A DNA stretch of 64,000 nt from Podarcis tiliguerta. Its lineage: Eukaryota. Under the pieces are notes generated by a model that worked only from the letters and a program-made list of their open reading frames with translations, did no database searches and had not been told where the DNA came from. Positions 50,029 to 62,816 of this stretch are shown here, piece after piece. Position 1 is the stretch's first letter; each line of letters starts with the position of its first letter. The position numbers and the translations under genes were made by a program. The stretch lies in NCBI GenBank assembly GCA_965153285.1, contig OZ229115.1. One strand, given 5' to 3'.

Positions 50029-53000
50029 CTGCAAAGTGAGACATGGAGGAGATAGACAAAGACAAAACAGAGAATATAAAACAGCACAGAAACATGAATT
50101 CAATTGGCAAGCAAGAAAAAAAGAAGAGCAGCAACGAGAGGTGGAGAGCAGTGAAAGCACAGAAGAAGCTGGACAACATACTAAAGCACTAGACCAACCA
50201 AAAAAGAAACCACAGAGAATGCTGTTAATTCTCTTAAGGCTTGGGCCTAACCAAGTTTCAAATTTAACGAAACACCATAAAGGTGACAAATTATAGCTCT
50301 TAAATGGAGTGAGAAACTTCACCATGGCTGAAAACCACATCAGGAAAACCTTGCGTGCAGCACTTTTAAAGTTCTTTTGCAAGGTACTGACAGATGACTA
50401 ATGCTGGTTGGAAGAGAACCAAAAGGGCAGTTAAGTATCTTTATAAAAGCTTTATATGACCCACATCCCAGCCAAAGTGGCTTTGCATGGCAAAAGGGGA
50501 TAGTTGTAGCAGCTGAAGTAAATTGCTTTAAAATGAGTCTAATGCTATCCTTCGCTTTACAACATGTGGTAGTATTTGCAGTGGAAAGGGAAACTGGTTT
50601 GTACAATGCTGAATACTGTCACAATACACAACTCTTATAGCCTGTGCCGTTTGTAAGTGTCCCTATGCTGAATTTGTGCTCCACAATTTAGCCCAACAGT
50701 AGCTTTACAGTAAACACCATTGATGCAGAATCTTGAAAAACACCCCTCTAAATACAAGCACACACTTTTTCATATATGTGTATGGAAAAAATGGTCAGCA
50801 TTCCTTACTGGCATGAAACACAAGTGTTAATTTATGTGTTCACGGCAATTTTCTCTAGTATAAATAGGACTAAAATCTTGTATGAACACTAAAGACCAAG
50901 TATACAGACAATTAAGTGCTTTGAAATTGCTTCTATAGCATCAAAGGCAATTGCTTCAGAAGGGTTTCCAATGCAGACTCTAAAAGGACCCAATTTTCTA
51001 AAGAAGGAAATGTCTAATGCATTTCACTTTCAATATGGTGTAATAATAAAACAACATGGGCAGATTGTGAAAGCTGTAGGGATTCTGTTGGAATATTATT
51101 TTGTTGTGTTCATTCAAAGGTATAACTGAGTCGTTGAATCTGTCTACTTGAGACATGAAGTAAATGCCTTTGTAAGACAGTGAAGAAAACACAATGATGA
51201 AGATATAACTATGGATATAAACACCCCTACAGAAAGTTTTACTGGGCCAGTAGGATGGGGAATAATCTTGACATAATCTCAAAATATGAGGTACAACATC
51301 CATGTGACAACCATTTGCAGAAAAGGCAACACAAATCCAATGGAACAGCATCCTTTTTGTTACTTCTGGGATGATTGTGGGAATTTTCTGCAGAAGCAAA
51401 TATCTTCCATTAGCTTGCATTGCATTCTTCTTCATTGACTGAAGCATAGAGATTTATTGACTAAATCCAGGCTCCAACCAAAAGCTCTCCATAACCGTTT
51501 GGCTAAACAGATCTCTGGATACAATTTACTTAATTTTCAACTGTGAGAGTCATTTTATTTTATTTTTTTAAAGCACAGGGCACTAAGCCCATAAGACAAA
51601 AACACTAAAAGGTTAGCAAACTCTGCAAACACTTTTGTGAGCGACACACAACACAGTATCCTTATCCCGCCCATCTATGATGTGACTATTAGGAAATCCT
51701 AATGCTGGTGTGCCTGGTTTATGCTTCATTAATTCTTCAGAAGCTCACAATAATTGTATTGCATAGGAGGACAGATCATAAATGGGGCAGCAGAGCCAGA
51801 AAAGAAACTGAATTCTGCATCAAAGGTTTCACTACTAAAAATGATAAAGCCCAACCTGTCAATAATTTAAAAGGCTTAATTGCTGAACATTCCAACTGAT
51901 TAAGCTGATATAGCTGAGCTGTGTCTCTGTTCAGCCAAGTCGCAAAGCGATCAAGCAGCCCAGAGAGCCTAACAACACTGCTTCAGTGTCAAACACAGTT
52001 TTTTACCTTCCTTCCTCCAAGTGAGTTGCTGACAGCAAGGAAAGAGGTGACTGTACAGCAGGGAAAGAATGTAAATTGAAAAAGCAGTTCCTGGACAAAG
52101 AGTAAGCCAAAATGCAACCACAGCACAAGAGGGATTGAGGCAGGATGCCTGCATATTTGCTTTGTCAACTCAAGGTGACTTTGGCTATAAAAAGAAGTTG
52201 TGGACAGATAAGGCATGTAATGCATGAAATGGATGTCATTCGAGAGAAGCAGACATGCTGAAAATGGCCTGTAATATTATGGCAGCACACCCAAAGTTGA
52301 CGGACCACTCAAGGGCATTACATTTATTTAGAAGAGGTAGTTCAGAAGAAAAATAGTAAATAAGATTATCGAGGATTTTCATAGTTTCACCACCTCACAC
52401 AAATCAGTACTGCTGCTTTAGGGTTTCCAGAGCCGAACACTTCAGCAATCACACCTGAGGGATAAAATCCTGGTAACTACTGCATATTGGTTACATGTAT
52501 CACAACAGCATTGTTCTTCTTACAAGTACATTTTAGGAGGGTTTTTTTGTTGTTGTTGCTAGTCACACCATCCTTCAGAACAAGGTACAGTGTAGCTATT
52601 TTGTGTAGCTGAATTCAAGGTGGTGTTGCGTTTGCCCCTCTGCGTTCTCATTTTAATTCTTCAAGAGCTTTCAAATAATTACATTTTAATAAGACCTCTA
52701 GAGAGGCCAATGGTGCAACCCATCCCCCGCAACTGAGGATCATGCTGTAAGATGGAGTGCAATTTCCGCTTTTGAAACTCCCCCCCCCCCCCAAGTCGAA
52801 ACAGATCTTGACTTCAAAGGATTATCACACTCAGTAAAAACATAAAGGACATAAATTGGAACCATCTCCAGCAAGGCAGGAAATGGCTTTCATCACTACT
52901 ATGGTTTCAGGAGTGCAGCAGCTCCTGTTCTTGAAGCAGAAACATTTCTCCCCACCACCAAGAAATGAAGTTAGGTTCTAGGGAAATAAGCACCAGGGGG

Positions 53001-53445
53001 CAGAAAAAAGAACAGACACATTTTGGGAGCAGAAGTATTTGCATATTGTGTAAACCTATATAGTACAGTGAAGCCAGCTTGATATTTTCAGGTCACCAGG
53101 GAAGCACAAGACGTTGCCTCTGCCTTTACCAGAAAAACATGATCGCCAGAAAACAGCACTTCTTTAAAGCAGATGTCCAAAAAAGGGATGGCATGTCAAA
53201 GGAGCTGCCTGAAAAGGCAAATTCCTGCCCAGTCCAGCACCAATCTGTATGTCTTTAGACAGAAAGCTCAAATGGTGGCGCAAGGAAACCGGAAGCTTGA
53301 CAACTCCTCTCAAGTACTTACTTGTGCTATCAATCGTCCTTCAAGCAATATTCTGGAGCCATGAAGTATGAATGAGAGGGAAGAAATGCAGTTATAAAAG
53401 TTTTGCCCCAAACTGCCATGAGATTTAAAATGCATACCTCATGAC

Positions 53446-53720
53446 TAGGGCTGTGCACAGAAAAAAAAATGGCCTTGGAACCCACCTCTCATTGGCTCGG
53501 ACTGGGGGTTGCCTCGGCTTGGTGGCTTGGCTTAACATCGCAGTTCGCCTCGGATCCAAGGCAGAGGGTCGCCTCGCCTCATTTTCCGAAGCACCCGATG
53601 TCTTCCCCATTGACTACAAGGGGAAAATCAAGAAGACCTATATTTTGGCAGAATTGGATGACATTTCCATTGTAGTCTATTATGAGGGGATGAAGCCTGC
53701 CAAACCGAGGGTGGTGGTTC
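53446..53720. mobile_element. Probable end of a non-autonomous DNA transposon
   Basis: TAGGGCTGTGCAC terminus, CpG-rich subterminal repeats (GCCTCGG/GCCTCGCC) and CCCCATTGACTACAA motif. A possible opposite end TGCACAGCTCC lies near 55076-55086. Confidence 0.4.
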
Positions 53721-56429
53721 TTTTTTTTAAGAAAAAAAAAGAGGTGTCATGCCCGTCCCTGTGGTTTTGTGGGTGTAGAGGTGCCCTTGCACCAAAGTCA
53801 CAGGAAGTGGAAAGCTGAAGAAGAAAGGGCTGATGTGAGCATGAGGCAAAACTTGCATGTCTAGCATTCCAAGTGAGAACCAAGGCCCACAACACCCCCC
53901 ACCCCCAGTCCTGGCATAAGAGGAAGGCAGGAAGAGAAACAGCAATGCATGCACCTTTACCAGCAAGCCTGATAAGAGGAAGGCAGGCAAGGGTGCTAGC
54001 AGACACTTCTGGAGACAGTGAGAAAGAGACAGAGGAAGGAGCAAGGTGCATGCCTTCACAAGGCACATTCCTCGAATCAGTGTGGAGACACCATGCTGGA
54101 GAAGAGTGACTGTTTCAAGTTCGGAGTTGACATAGCGCACTGAAAGAACGGCAGGCAGAGGCAGCAGAAGACAAAGGGAACACTGAGTCTAAATGTCAAT
54201 GTGTGTAAGACCTGGCATGTTCAGTGTGCCAATCACCAAGCCCCACAAAACAATTCTTGCACGAGGTAGAAAATATTCCAACAACTAGAGCATATATGCT
54301 GCGACCTGCACCAGTGCAGACTGTGCTGGAGTCAACACTTACCTCCCTGCCCCAAACACCTAACACTGCTTGGGTTTCCTGGCAGTGATGCTGCTGAAGT
54401 CACCAGCCTCCCCACAACGTTTTCACTTACAGGCCTACCCAGCAGTGACACTGTAACGGGCAAGGGGCAGAGCAGAGCAGCTGTTTGGCTCCCAACATGC
54501 TACACTGCTTTTGTCACTGGATAAGCCAGCAAGTGAATTGTGGTGGGAGAATAGTAGCCCATTACATTGTGGCTGCTGCTGTTGCTGCACATACATCCTG
54601 ACTTGTGAACATGAGGGGGAAAGATGCATAAAGGGTATTCTCCACCACAAATCTAGAGCGGAGTCTGTCAGAGAAAGCATCAACAAGCTGAAACGCCTTT
54701 ACCAAGTGCACTAGAGAAATGCAGCAACAGGGTGAGGGCAGCACTCCCTTGCTGGGGTGGTCAGGTGGGGAATTCTTCCTATATCCCTCCCCAAAGTACT
54801 GTGATTGGAAGTAAAAGGAGGAGCCTGGTAAAATTTCCTATTTGAAAGCTAGAGCTCTCAGTTGTAAAACTCCTCTTCTGCCTGCCTGCCTCCTCACTTG
54901 CCTGTCATTGTCTATTGATAAAGAGATTGAGGAAAGTTACAAAATTATATCAAACACATTTGAATCTCTCTGAGGTGGTTCCAGTGATTTGGGTGCCCAC
55001 CTCAGATCCCAAGGGGGTCCAAATATCCCAGAGGTGGGGATCCTCAGCATAGATGAGGCACAAGTCTGAGGTGAATGCACAGCTCCACTTATGCCTTTTT
55101 TATACAAGTATCAGCTGCACATTTTGACCTGCACAGTGTGTCAGAGTAAAAGAGAATCTGTATACCAAAGTGAATTTTATTTAACATTAGCAGGAATGAT
55201 TCTGCGAGATACTATAACCAGTGGAAGGCAAAGTCTGACCCACTAGGCATTTAGTATTTCAAGGCCAGAGACCTTAATGTATTACTGGCATATTGGAAAC
55301 AAAGCATACAAGCCTTAGTTACTATCCAACTGTGTACAAACACACAGAGTGAAACAGTCTGCTTGTAACACTAAGCCAAACCATAGCTAAATGTGGATAA
55401 GCAAGTGTGCAGGGACAGAGAGCAAAAATCACCACCACTTCTTTCCACTCCTGGTTCTGTTGGTGCCACTCTACCTGGAACTAAACTGTTGTTTGGCTTA
55501 GTGTTACGTATGAACGCAGGCTCATAGGTTGTCTTCTGCAAACAAACCATACACGGTAAGCCAAGAGGAACCTTGGCAGCAGCTTGTGGTTTGTTTGGAG
55601 ACATGGAAAAACTATAACTGACTGCATTTTCCCAGACAATGTACAGGCAGTGGCTTCTCTATGTCCATATTGCAATTTTACATGCAGGTGCTGTGCAATA
55701 ACAGAATCTGTTGTATCTGTTTTGTTTTACCATTCATAACATTTACTAATAGCTTTTCCATTTAGAAACCTAAAGCATTGGATGCATTTATACAGTAAGA
55801 ACTAGTTTGGCAAAGACATGGTTTTTGGCATGTTGCAGCAGTGGGTGCTTCTCTTAGGCAGCAATCATATATTACACACAAGTAATCCCAACTGAGCTCA
55901 GTGGGACCAACTTCTGAGTAGACATGCACAGTTCTGCGTGGCCAGGGCTTGTGTCCACTTTTGCCTCTTACCCCTATGGCAAGAGCACCAAGAAAAAAAT
56001 CCCTTCTTTCATCAGGAAAAGCCACTCTCCAAATTGTGTCTGAAGTGATGTCACTAAAGCAGGGGTGAACTTCTGTATACTCGGTGGCCACTGTATTTCT
56101 AACAGTTGGCTGGGGACTGAGAGCACACGTTGCTACATAAACTGATACCCTCATCCTGCTTCATAATAAAATGGTATCACCATAAAGGAATAAGAGCCTC
56201 AGAGTTATGGAGCATACAAACTCAGGAGGCATTTGCAAGGCACTGCATACAAAACTCAAGAGAAAATGCAACACAAAACTCTGGAATGTTTATCTTGCAA
56301 GCTGGGAAACATTTCTATTTTCTGGGCAGGTGAAGTTTTGGGGAGACTTTTTAGCACACTTTAAATTTTGGTATATCCACAACTCCCTATCACCCAAGCA
56401 CTACCTGATCAACTAATCCCCAAGAAGGC

Positions 56430-57270
56430 TGTGGAAGTCCTGAACCATTGCCTGGATGCAGAGATGGATTGATGTGGGCAACAAACAGGCTCGATCCAAG
56501 CAAGACCAATGGTTCTTGCTTCTTATCTTATCTGGACTACAGTCTGCTTTGGATGGGGATGTACTCTCTCCCACAACATGTGTCCTCGATTATCCGGTTG
56601 CTGCTACGGCTAGGAATGCCTTTGACTGGTGCACTAGCTGTGCCCCTTCCTGCAGAAGATGGATCTAGCTATAGTGATGCATGCTTCAACCAGTTGCCAT
56701 TTAGTTACTGCAGCATGAACTGTGTGGGGCTGCAGGGTTTGGAAAGTATAGTTAGTGCAAAATACTGCAGCCAAATTGCTTTCTGATGTGCACGGCACAG
56801 ACCACATTCACTCTGTTTTATACCAACTGAATTGTCTTCTGATATGCTTCTGGACACAAATCAAGATGCTGGTGCTAACCTCTAAAGCCTTAGATGGCTT
56901 GAGGCCAGGATATCTGAAAAGCCATCTCTTCCCATAGGAGTGTACAGTCTTCTTTTAAGGCCCTGCGGCATGGTTCCACTGCCTAAAGAGGTGGCTACAG
57001 GAGACAGGGCCTTTTTTTGTGGCAGTAGCAAAATGGTGGCCCTCTCACCCAAGGGAGGTAAAAATAGCTTCTCTTTACTTATTTTCAGGAGGGCAGTAAA
57101 ACGGTTTCCATTCTGCATGGCTCTGAATTTTTAGTATGTAGAGGTTTTAATGTGTTTTCTTTTCTGTTCTTAATCTGGTTTATAGCCTAAATCTGTTTTT
57201 GTTTTTGAATACCAAAGAGCCCTGTAGGGATGAAAGACAGCTTATAAATATTTTTATGAATAAATAAATT
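56430..57270 (+). mobile_element. L2-like LINE, degraded ORF2 3' part and tail
   Basis: Decayed translations RLDPSKT, QNTAAKLL and LLICFWTQIKMLVLTSKALDGLRPGYLK, a DRAF motif, and a T-rich 3' UTR ending TATAAATA...AATAAATAAA. Confidence 0.75.
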
Positions 57271-57469
57271 CCCAATAGCTAGTAGTGGTGTGCATGCATG
57301 AATGGTTAATCCAATACCAAAATTTTAACAATGACTTACACTATTCTAATATTTTCTGAGGGGCACCTGTTAATCTGTTGCAGCAAAAAACTCCAGCAGA
57401 GTCATGTGACAATCCAAAATTATGCTACTATGTACAGAAGGCGGAAAATAAATGAAGAATTGTTCATAC

Positions 57470-57520
57470 CTTCATCTCCTCTTCCATTTCTGAGAGCTTC
57501 CGCTCCAGAGCTCGTTTCTC
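57470..57520 (-). CDS. PPP1R12B: PPP1R12B coding exon (coiled coil)
   Basis: EKRALERKLSEMEEEMK; 51 nt; CAG/GTATGA. Confidence 0.96.
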
Positions 57521-59341
57521 CTGTTTAAAAAATATTTTCACAATTACATTTTTTTTGGTGTAATTTTTCTACATGAAAATGTACGCTATGGCTGTATTTC
57601 ATTCAGTGAAGAAAAATGTATCATTAATAGCATTAATAAGGTTGTCAGACATCTCAAGACCTACACTAAGAACAAACAATGTCAAAAAAACTCTTCTTGG
57701 TGTGTTCCCACAGCTCATCTCCAACCTCTGCACCAGGGATAGGGGAACAGATGATTTTGAACTTCAACTCCCTTAGCCCTAGAGAGCATGGCCAATGGTC
57801 AGGGATGAGAGGAGTTGTAATCCAGAATCTTAAGGGTCACCTGTGCTCTATACAGGCCCTTTTGCTGTTTCCTCCTGCAGCTCTAGTCTAGCCACAACTA
57901 CCTATCAGCTCCTTTCACCTAACAGGCAATCAATTGTCTTGTAATTAGCTTGATAGGAGCCAGTAGGGTCATTGAAAAGAGCTCAGTTTTCAGTCCCAGC
58001 CTATGGATAGTGGACAGTTTGAATTGCACCCTGAGGATGCTTAATTTAACTAGTTTGAAAGCTGCGTACTGGACATACCATTTCCCAAACGAACAAAACT
58101 GGCATAGCGTCATCTTACTATAGAGGATAAAAGGTGTGCCAAGTTACTCTCTCTGAGAGTTCCAAGTGCAAAGAAAAAACCTATTTAAAAAGAACACACA
58201 CACCATACTGGAAAGTGTTAGACAAGAAGGCGAGAATCAATGGCATTGAGCCAGGATGGCTAGAGGAAACCTCTATGTTCCAAGGCAAGAGGTACTGAAT
58301 ACCAGTTGCTGGTGGATAATAACAAGCGGCAATTGCTTTCAAGGCAGTAGCACACCTGATCCACTTTGCTGCTAAGCACCGAGATGAAAAACGGGAGTGG
58401 GGAGGTGATTGTAAGGTTGGTGCAGTGCAAACACACCAACGAAGCCAACCCAATGCTCCTTTTGGCTTTGTTACCACCTCAGACCTCCCTCTCTCCCTCT
58501 CAGTTTGCAGCAGCAATGCATGCAACCAGAAGCCAGGTGAGTGCTGCTTTCACTGTGGGCCACCAAGAACTCCAACTTCAATTGTACCTCTCATCCTACA
58601 TCTTACGAAGCTCTGGTTTAGTGTCTGCGTTAAAAAAACAAAAACCCAAATGCAATATTTTCAGGAAAAAACAAGCAAATAATAAACAAAATCAAAACGG
58701 GGCACTGAAACCACAAACGATTTACTGTTTTCCAAGGAAAGTATTTGGAAGGTATTTTAAGAACTTACATGCCAATAAGCCCAAGAAGAAACAGAGCTTT
58801 GTACTGGATAAAGGGAATTCAGTAGCACAAACATAATATGCTTACATACTAAGCTTGTTATGTGTTCATCTTTACATTTAAACTTTGCTGGAATTTAAGT
58901 ATTTTTGGTACTCATCTTTGTAAGGAACTTGCACATTTTAAATAATTGTAACACAATGAGTTAGCGTATTTTGATAACTTATGATAAAATTGACTCTATT
59001 CGATCTCATGTTTTCAAAATATAACCACAATCAATGGAACTTCTCTAATCAACTATATGACATCAACAGCCATGCTAGAACAGTAAGTTCTGGGCTTCAT
59101 TAGTGGTGATTTATCAAACCGTGTATCTTATTATGCTAGGATGCCGAAATGAACAGTTTTATAGCTAACAAAAATGCTGTAAACAAGTATGAGAAGCCAA
59201 GGAGATCAGGGTTACCCAAGGATTCTTGAAGGAGGAACAGAATCAGCTTCCTGTAGTGATATTTCTTTTTTAAAATGAGTATGCATTCTAAAACCATGCT
59301 AAGTTTTAAGTAAGTGGACACCAAAAAGCAGAAACACATAC

Positions 59342-59395
59342 CCTCTTTTCCATCTCAAGCATACTCGAACGGTCAGAGGTTTTTTCTTGCTTCTG
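59342..59395 (-). CDS. PPP1R12B: PPP1R12B coding exon
   Basis: QKQEKTSDRSSMLEMEKR; 54 nt; TAGCAG tandem acceptor, GTATGT donor. Confidence 0.96.
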
Positions 59396-59646
59396 CTATT
59401 GAAATGAAAAACCAAAGTTATCACAAAAGTAGAAAGTATTACAAAGAAATCCTTTCCAAATAAAATCAGAATTCTTAAGAAACCAAGTGATATAACATTA
59501 CAGCACAACTGCTTCTATTTTACCATTTGTTTGAGAAGCAGTGATAGCCCTCCTCAAATGCTATTAACTCCTTATCACCAGGGCCAAACATTTGTTTCCA
59601 TCTGGCCGCAATCCCATTACATCCCTTGTTTCCTAGGTCTCTTCAC

Positions 59647-59751
59647 CTGGGCTATTTTGTCAATTTTTGTCTTGATATCGACGAGCTCCAACTGAGCATC
59701 TTGCAGTTTTGATTTCAGCTTTTGATTTTCAGACAGGGCACTTTCATAGAG
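59647..59751 (-). CDS. PPP1R12B: PPP1R12B coding exon (coiled coil)
   Basis: LYESALSENQKLKSKLQDAQLELVDIKTKIDKIAQ; 105 nt; CAG/GTGAAG. Confidence 0.96.
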
Positions 59752-60954
59752 CTGGATAGAAAAAAAGAGAAGTGGAGTTAACTTACAGTATCATCTACTG
59801 AAACATCAACAGTCATATAATGCAGTTAAATAGATGCCCCTCCTGCTGCTTTCAGACCCCGGAGACCAGATTTTACCGCAGCCATATTAACTGTAACTCA
59901 TTATCTTCATTTATTGTAGAATAGGAAGTTAAAAAAACAATGCACAAAAATCCTCATGCAAACTCCTGCATATATTTACTTTAAAAACAACTCTCTTCCA
60001 GGGGAACCCTAGTGCTCCTTGGAATCTTATCAGCTATTCCTGAATTAGAAGACTGGTAATGGCAAACAGGTTTCCCTAAAAGAAGCTGAACAACTGATCC
60101 TGCCTGGCCTCAAGAGAGATCTAATCATTATTCCAGAGTACATCCTTTCCGTTCATGTGAAATGAAGGCAAGCACCAATAGCGCTCCATAGAAGAACCTG
60201 AAAATATGCCACACACAAGGATTCCATGTAGGCAAATCCACCAAGGAAAGGGTCCCCTAAACGTGTGAATGCCACTACTGTTAACTCAATGAATCCTAAT
60301 CTGAAGTGATGCACAGCACTCCGTTCAGGTCACTCCTACTGCCTTTCAACTATTACTACTAACATTAAAGCAGATCTTGTGTGGAAACTGCTATAAATAG
60401 AAGCAAATCCATTCCTGCCCAGCACCAACTCAACAAGCAATTGCACCAGGTGGCACTGTGCACTTTCTGCTCCGTAACATGCAAAACGGCAGAACATTTT
60501 TTAGCAACTGAAATAATGGTGATCTTCCAAGTGACCTATTCAGAAAGTTGGATGTTTTCTAAGACACTTTCCAGAGATCTGTACGCCATCTCGAGTTTTA
60601 CAGTGCAACAAATCCACGTTTTACAGATGCGAAAGATTGGTGACCTACCCAAGGCTGCTCAGCATACCTATGGAAGAGGCAGTGGGTAGAAACACAAATG
60701 TACCAGTGCCAAGTCCTGTTGAATGCTCTTAATTCTCCTCATTCAACTTGCTCTCTCAGTGGATCCTATTTGTCTTTAGCAGGCTCTTTGTTGGGACTAT
60801 GCCGTATTGGCATTTCTGCATATATATTTTTATTGGTTTTTTTTTCTTTTCCAACAGAGTCTAGCTTTATGTGAAATTGCTACTTATTAGATTAATGAGG
60901 GGTAGGGGTGGGGAAGAAAGAAGGCCTGAAGGCCTGTCCATTTCAATTACTCAC

Positions 60955-61099
60955 TCTTTTATAATCCTTGCTACTGTCATCCTCCGTCCTGCTGCTGAGG
61001 GCAGCCAGGCGATTCTCTCTTCTGGTATAGGCACTGCGACCAGAGGGCCGGTCCCCGTAGGCATCGCTGGTGCCAGAACTTGAACTTGCTGCGTCCAAC
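60955..61099 (-). CDS. PPP1R12B: PPP1R12B coding exon
   Basis: (R)LDAASSSSGTSDAYGDRPSGRSAYTRRENRLAALSSRTEDDSSKDYKR; 145 nt; CAG/GTGAGT. Confidence 0.93.
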
Positions 61100-61551
61100 C
61101 TGGCACCAAACATGATATAAAAACAGCTTAACTCACTTTAAGACCACTTACAGACTTGTATCTTTCTCAATCACTATTTTTCCAAGTTTTAGTGCTTGGG
61201 TAATTTAGGGGGGGAAATTAGGAGAGTTGCAGAGAGATACCCTATTATATGTGACAAAAAAGTGTTCCCCAATAAATACTTTTCTCTAAATCAAATGTGT
61301 GGGAAAGATAAAGGGGGCGGAATCTTCAAGTAAATAGAAAAACATTTATATCCTTTTGCTGCTCACTATTAAAACAAACTTGGTTTGGAGAAAGGAAAGC
61401 GAGTTCGTATTATGTAAGGGGTGCCTACTAAGTCACTGACAGGTTATCAGGATTCCTGATTCTAGCTTCATAAGCAGTTTAGAGAAAAATGCTGGGAAGA
61501 AACATATAGAAATGTATGCTTTAAGAAAAGCAGACATTCTGAATAGCTTAC

Positions 61552-61568
61552 CTGGAAAGCCTCTCATG
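61552..61568 (-). CDS. PPP1R12B: PPP1R12B 17-nt microexon (HERLSR)
   Basis: Polypyrimidine-TAG | CATGAGAGGCTTTCCAG | GTAAGC. Phase 2 fits the next exon and gives HERLSR-L as in mammalian MYPT2. Confidence 0.92.
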
Positions 61569-61820
61569 CTATAAGAGGGAGAAAAAAGAAAACACGATTA
61601 GCAACAAAACAAAGATACCAGTGTTAACAGCCACTGAAGTCTGACAATTGTGAAAGCAATTGACAACTGACTGCACCATAAATCCAGCAGGGTGAAATTG
61701 CTGCACCTTGTGTATAGGTTCATTTGAACCAACTTAAATAAATTGAAAAACATTCAAGGCCAAGGGAAAATCCTGTTGTAAACATACATACAATCTCCTT
61801 TATTACTGTCCTACACTAAA

Positions 61821-61842
61821 GTGTGTGTGTGTGTGTGTGTGT
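61821..61842. repeat. (GT)n microsatellite
   Basis: 11 GT units. Confidence 0.95.
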
Positions 61843-62765
61843 ATTAATATATGTGATATATAAAAACTGATATATGTGAAGTTCTGTTCTGAAGAATTGC
61901 ATGTATTGTGAATGAAAGCCATTTCATGAAGATGAGCTCTCATCATCCTTACATGGATAAATGCAATAAGTGGATTCATATTAATCCAAGTAATCCACAC
62001 AATAAGGGTGAGGGGAACATTCATAACTAGACATACACACTATTTTTTGTAGTAATAATAATAATAATAATACCCCCCCATCTGGCTGGCTTGCAACATA
62101 TCTAAAAACATAATAAAAAAATAAATCCTGACAATCTTCCATAAACAGGGCTGCAATATCAAAGCTTACAGAAGAAGTGTGTGCCTCAGAACCTGTCCAA
62201 AGATGAGAAAAAACAAAACTGTATCAGAAGCAGCAACTTCTACACATGGCATCCAGGGTTCCAAAGGATTTGGTGAAAGGGTTTGAAATGTTTGTGTAAT
62301 AGCAGTTTTGTGACTTGACAGATGGGGAAATATATTTATACTGTTCGGAAATGAGTCGTTGTGAGTGCAGAAGCATCCATCACGGCTATCAGACTTGCAT
62401 CTGATCAAAAGGTTAGAGTTGTCAAACTAACATCTTTAGTGTCCCATTGATTATACTCTGGAAGCACTATAAATACTCAGAATACTTTGCAATGCCTATA
62501 AATAGCTTGCTTCCCTTCTTGCTTAGGTCTGCGAGTTTACATATTTATTAGTGTAATGTTAATAGAGGTTTGTGATTAATTAGGTTCCACGTGAGAGCAT
62601 GATCCAAATCTTAATTGAATAATTCCATTAGAACTCAGGAAGGGAAGCGTGAACCTTGGTTTTGTCTTCTTGGTTTACAATGCTGAGATTTGTGAACACA
62701 GCCTTCTTTTTCTATGTTCATTTAGAGGTCTTTTAAATGAAAAGCACTAAGCTTAATACTAATCC

Positions 62766-62816
62766 CAAATATGATCTATCACATGTTGGTGTGCAACATG
62801 TGATAGATCATATTTG
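62766..62816. repeat. Perfect 23-bp inverted repeat with 5-nt loop
   Basis: CAAATATGATCTATCACATGTTG-GTGTG-CAACATGTGATAGATCATATTTG. Confidence 0.97.

Noticed and set aside
50029-50382. N-terminal 118 aa of the 162-aa minus ORF (hydrophobic, Cys/Phe/Ser-rich)
   Set aside because: It is the translated polypyrimidine tract upstream of the true acceptor at 50029/50030; stop-poor composition explains the open frame.
62340-62402. Possible HS-M21-type alternative first exon or extra exon on the minus strand
   Set aside because: Translations do not resemble the recalled HS-M21 N-terminus and the donor (GTATAA) is weak; that exon probably lies beyond the window.
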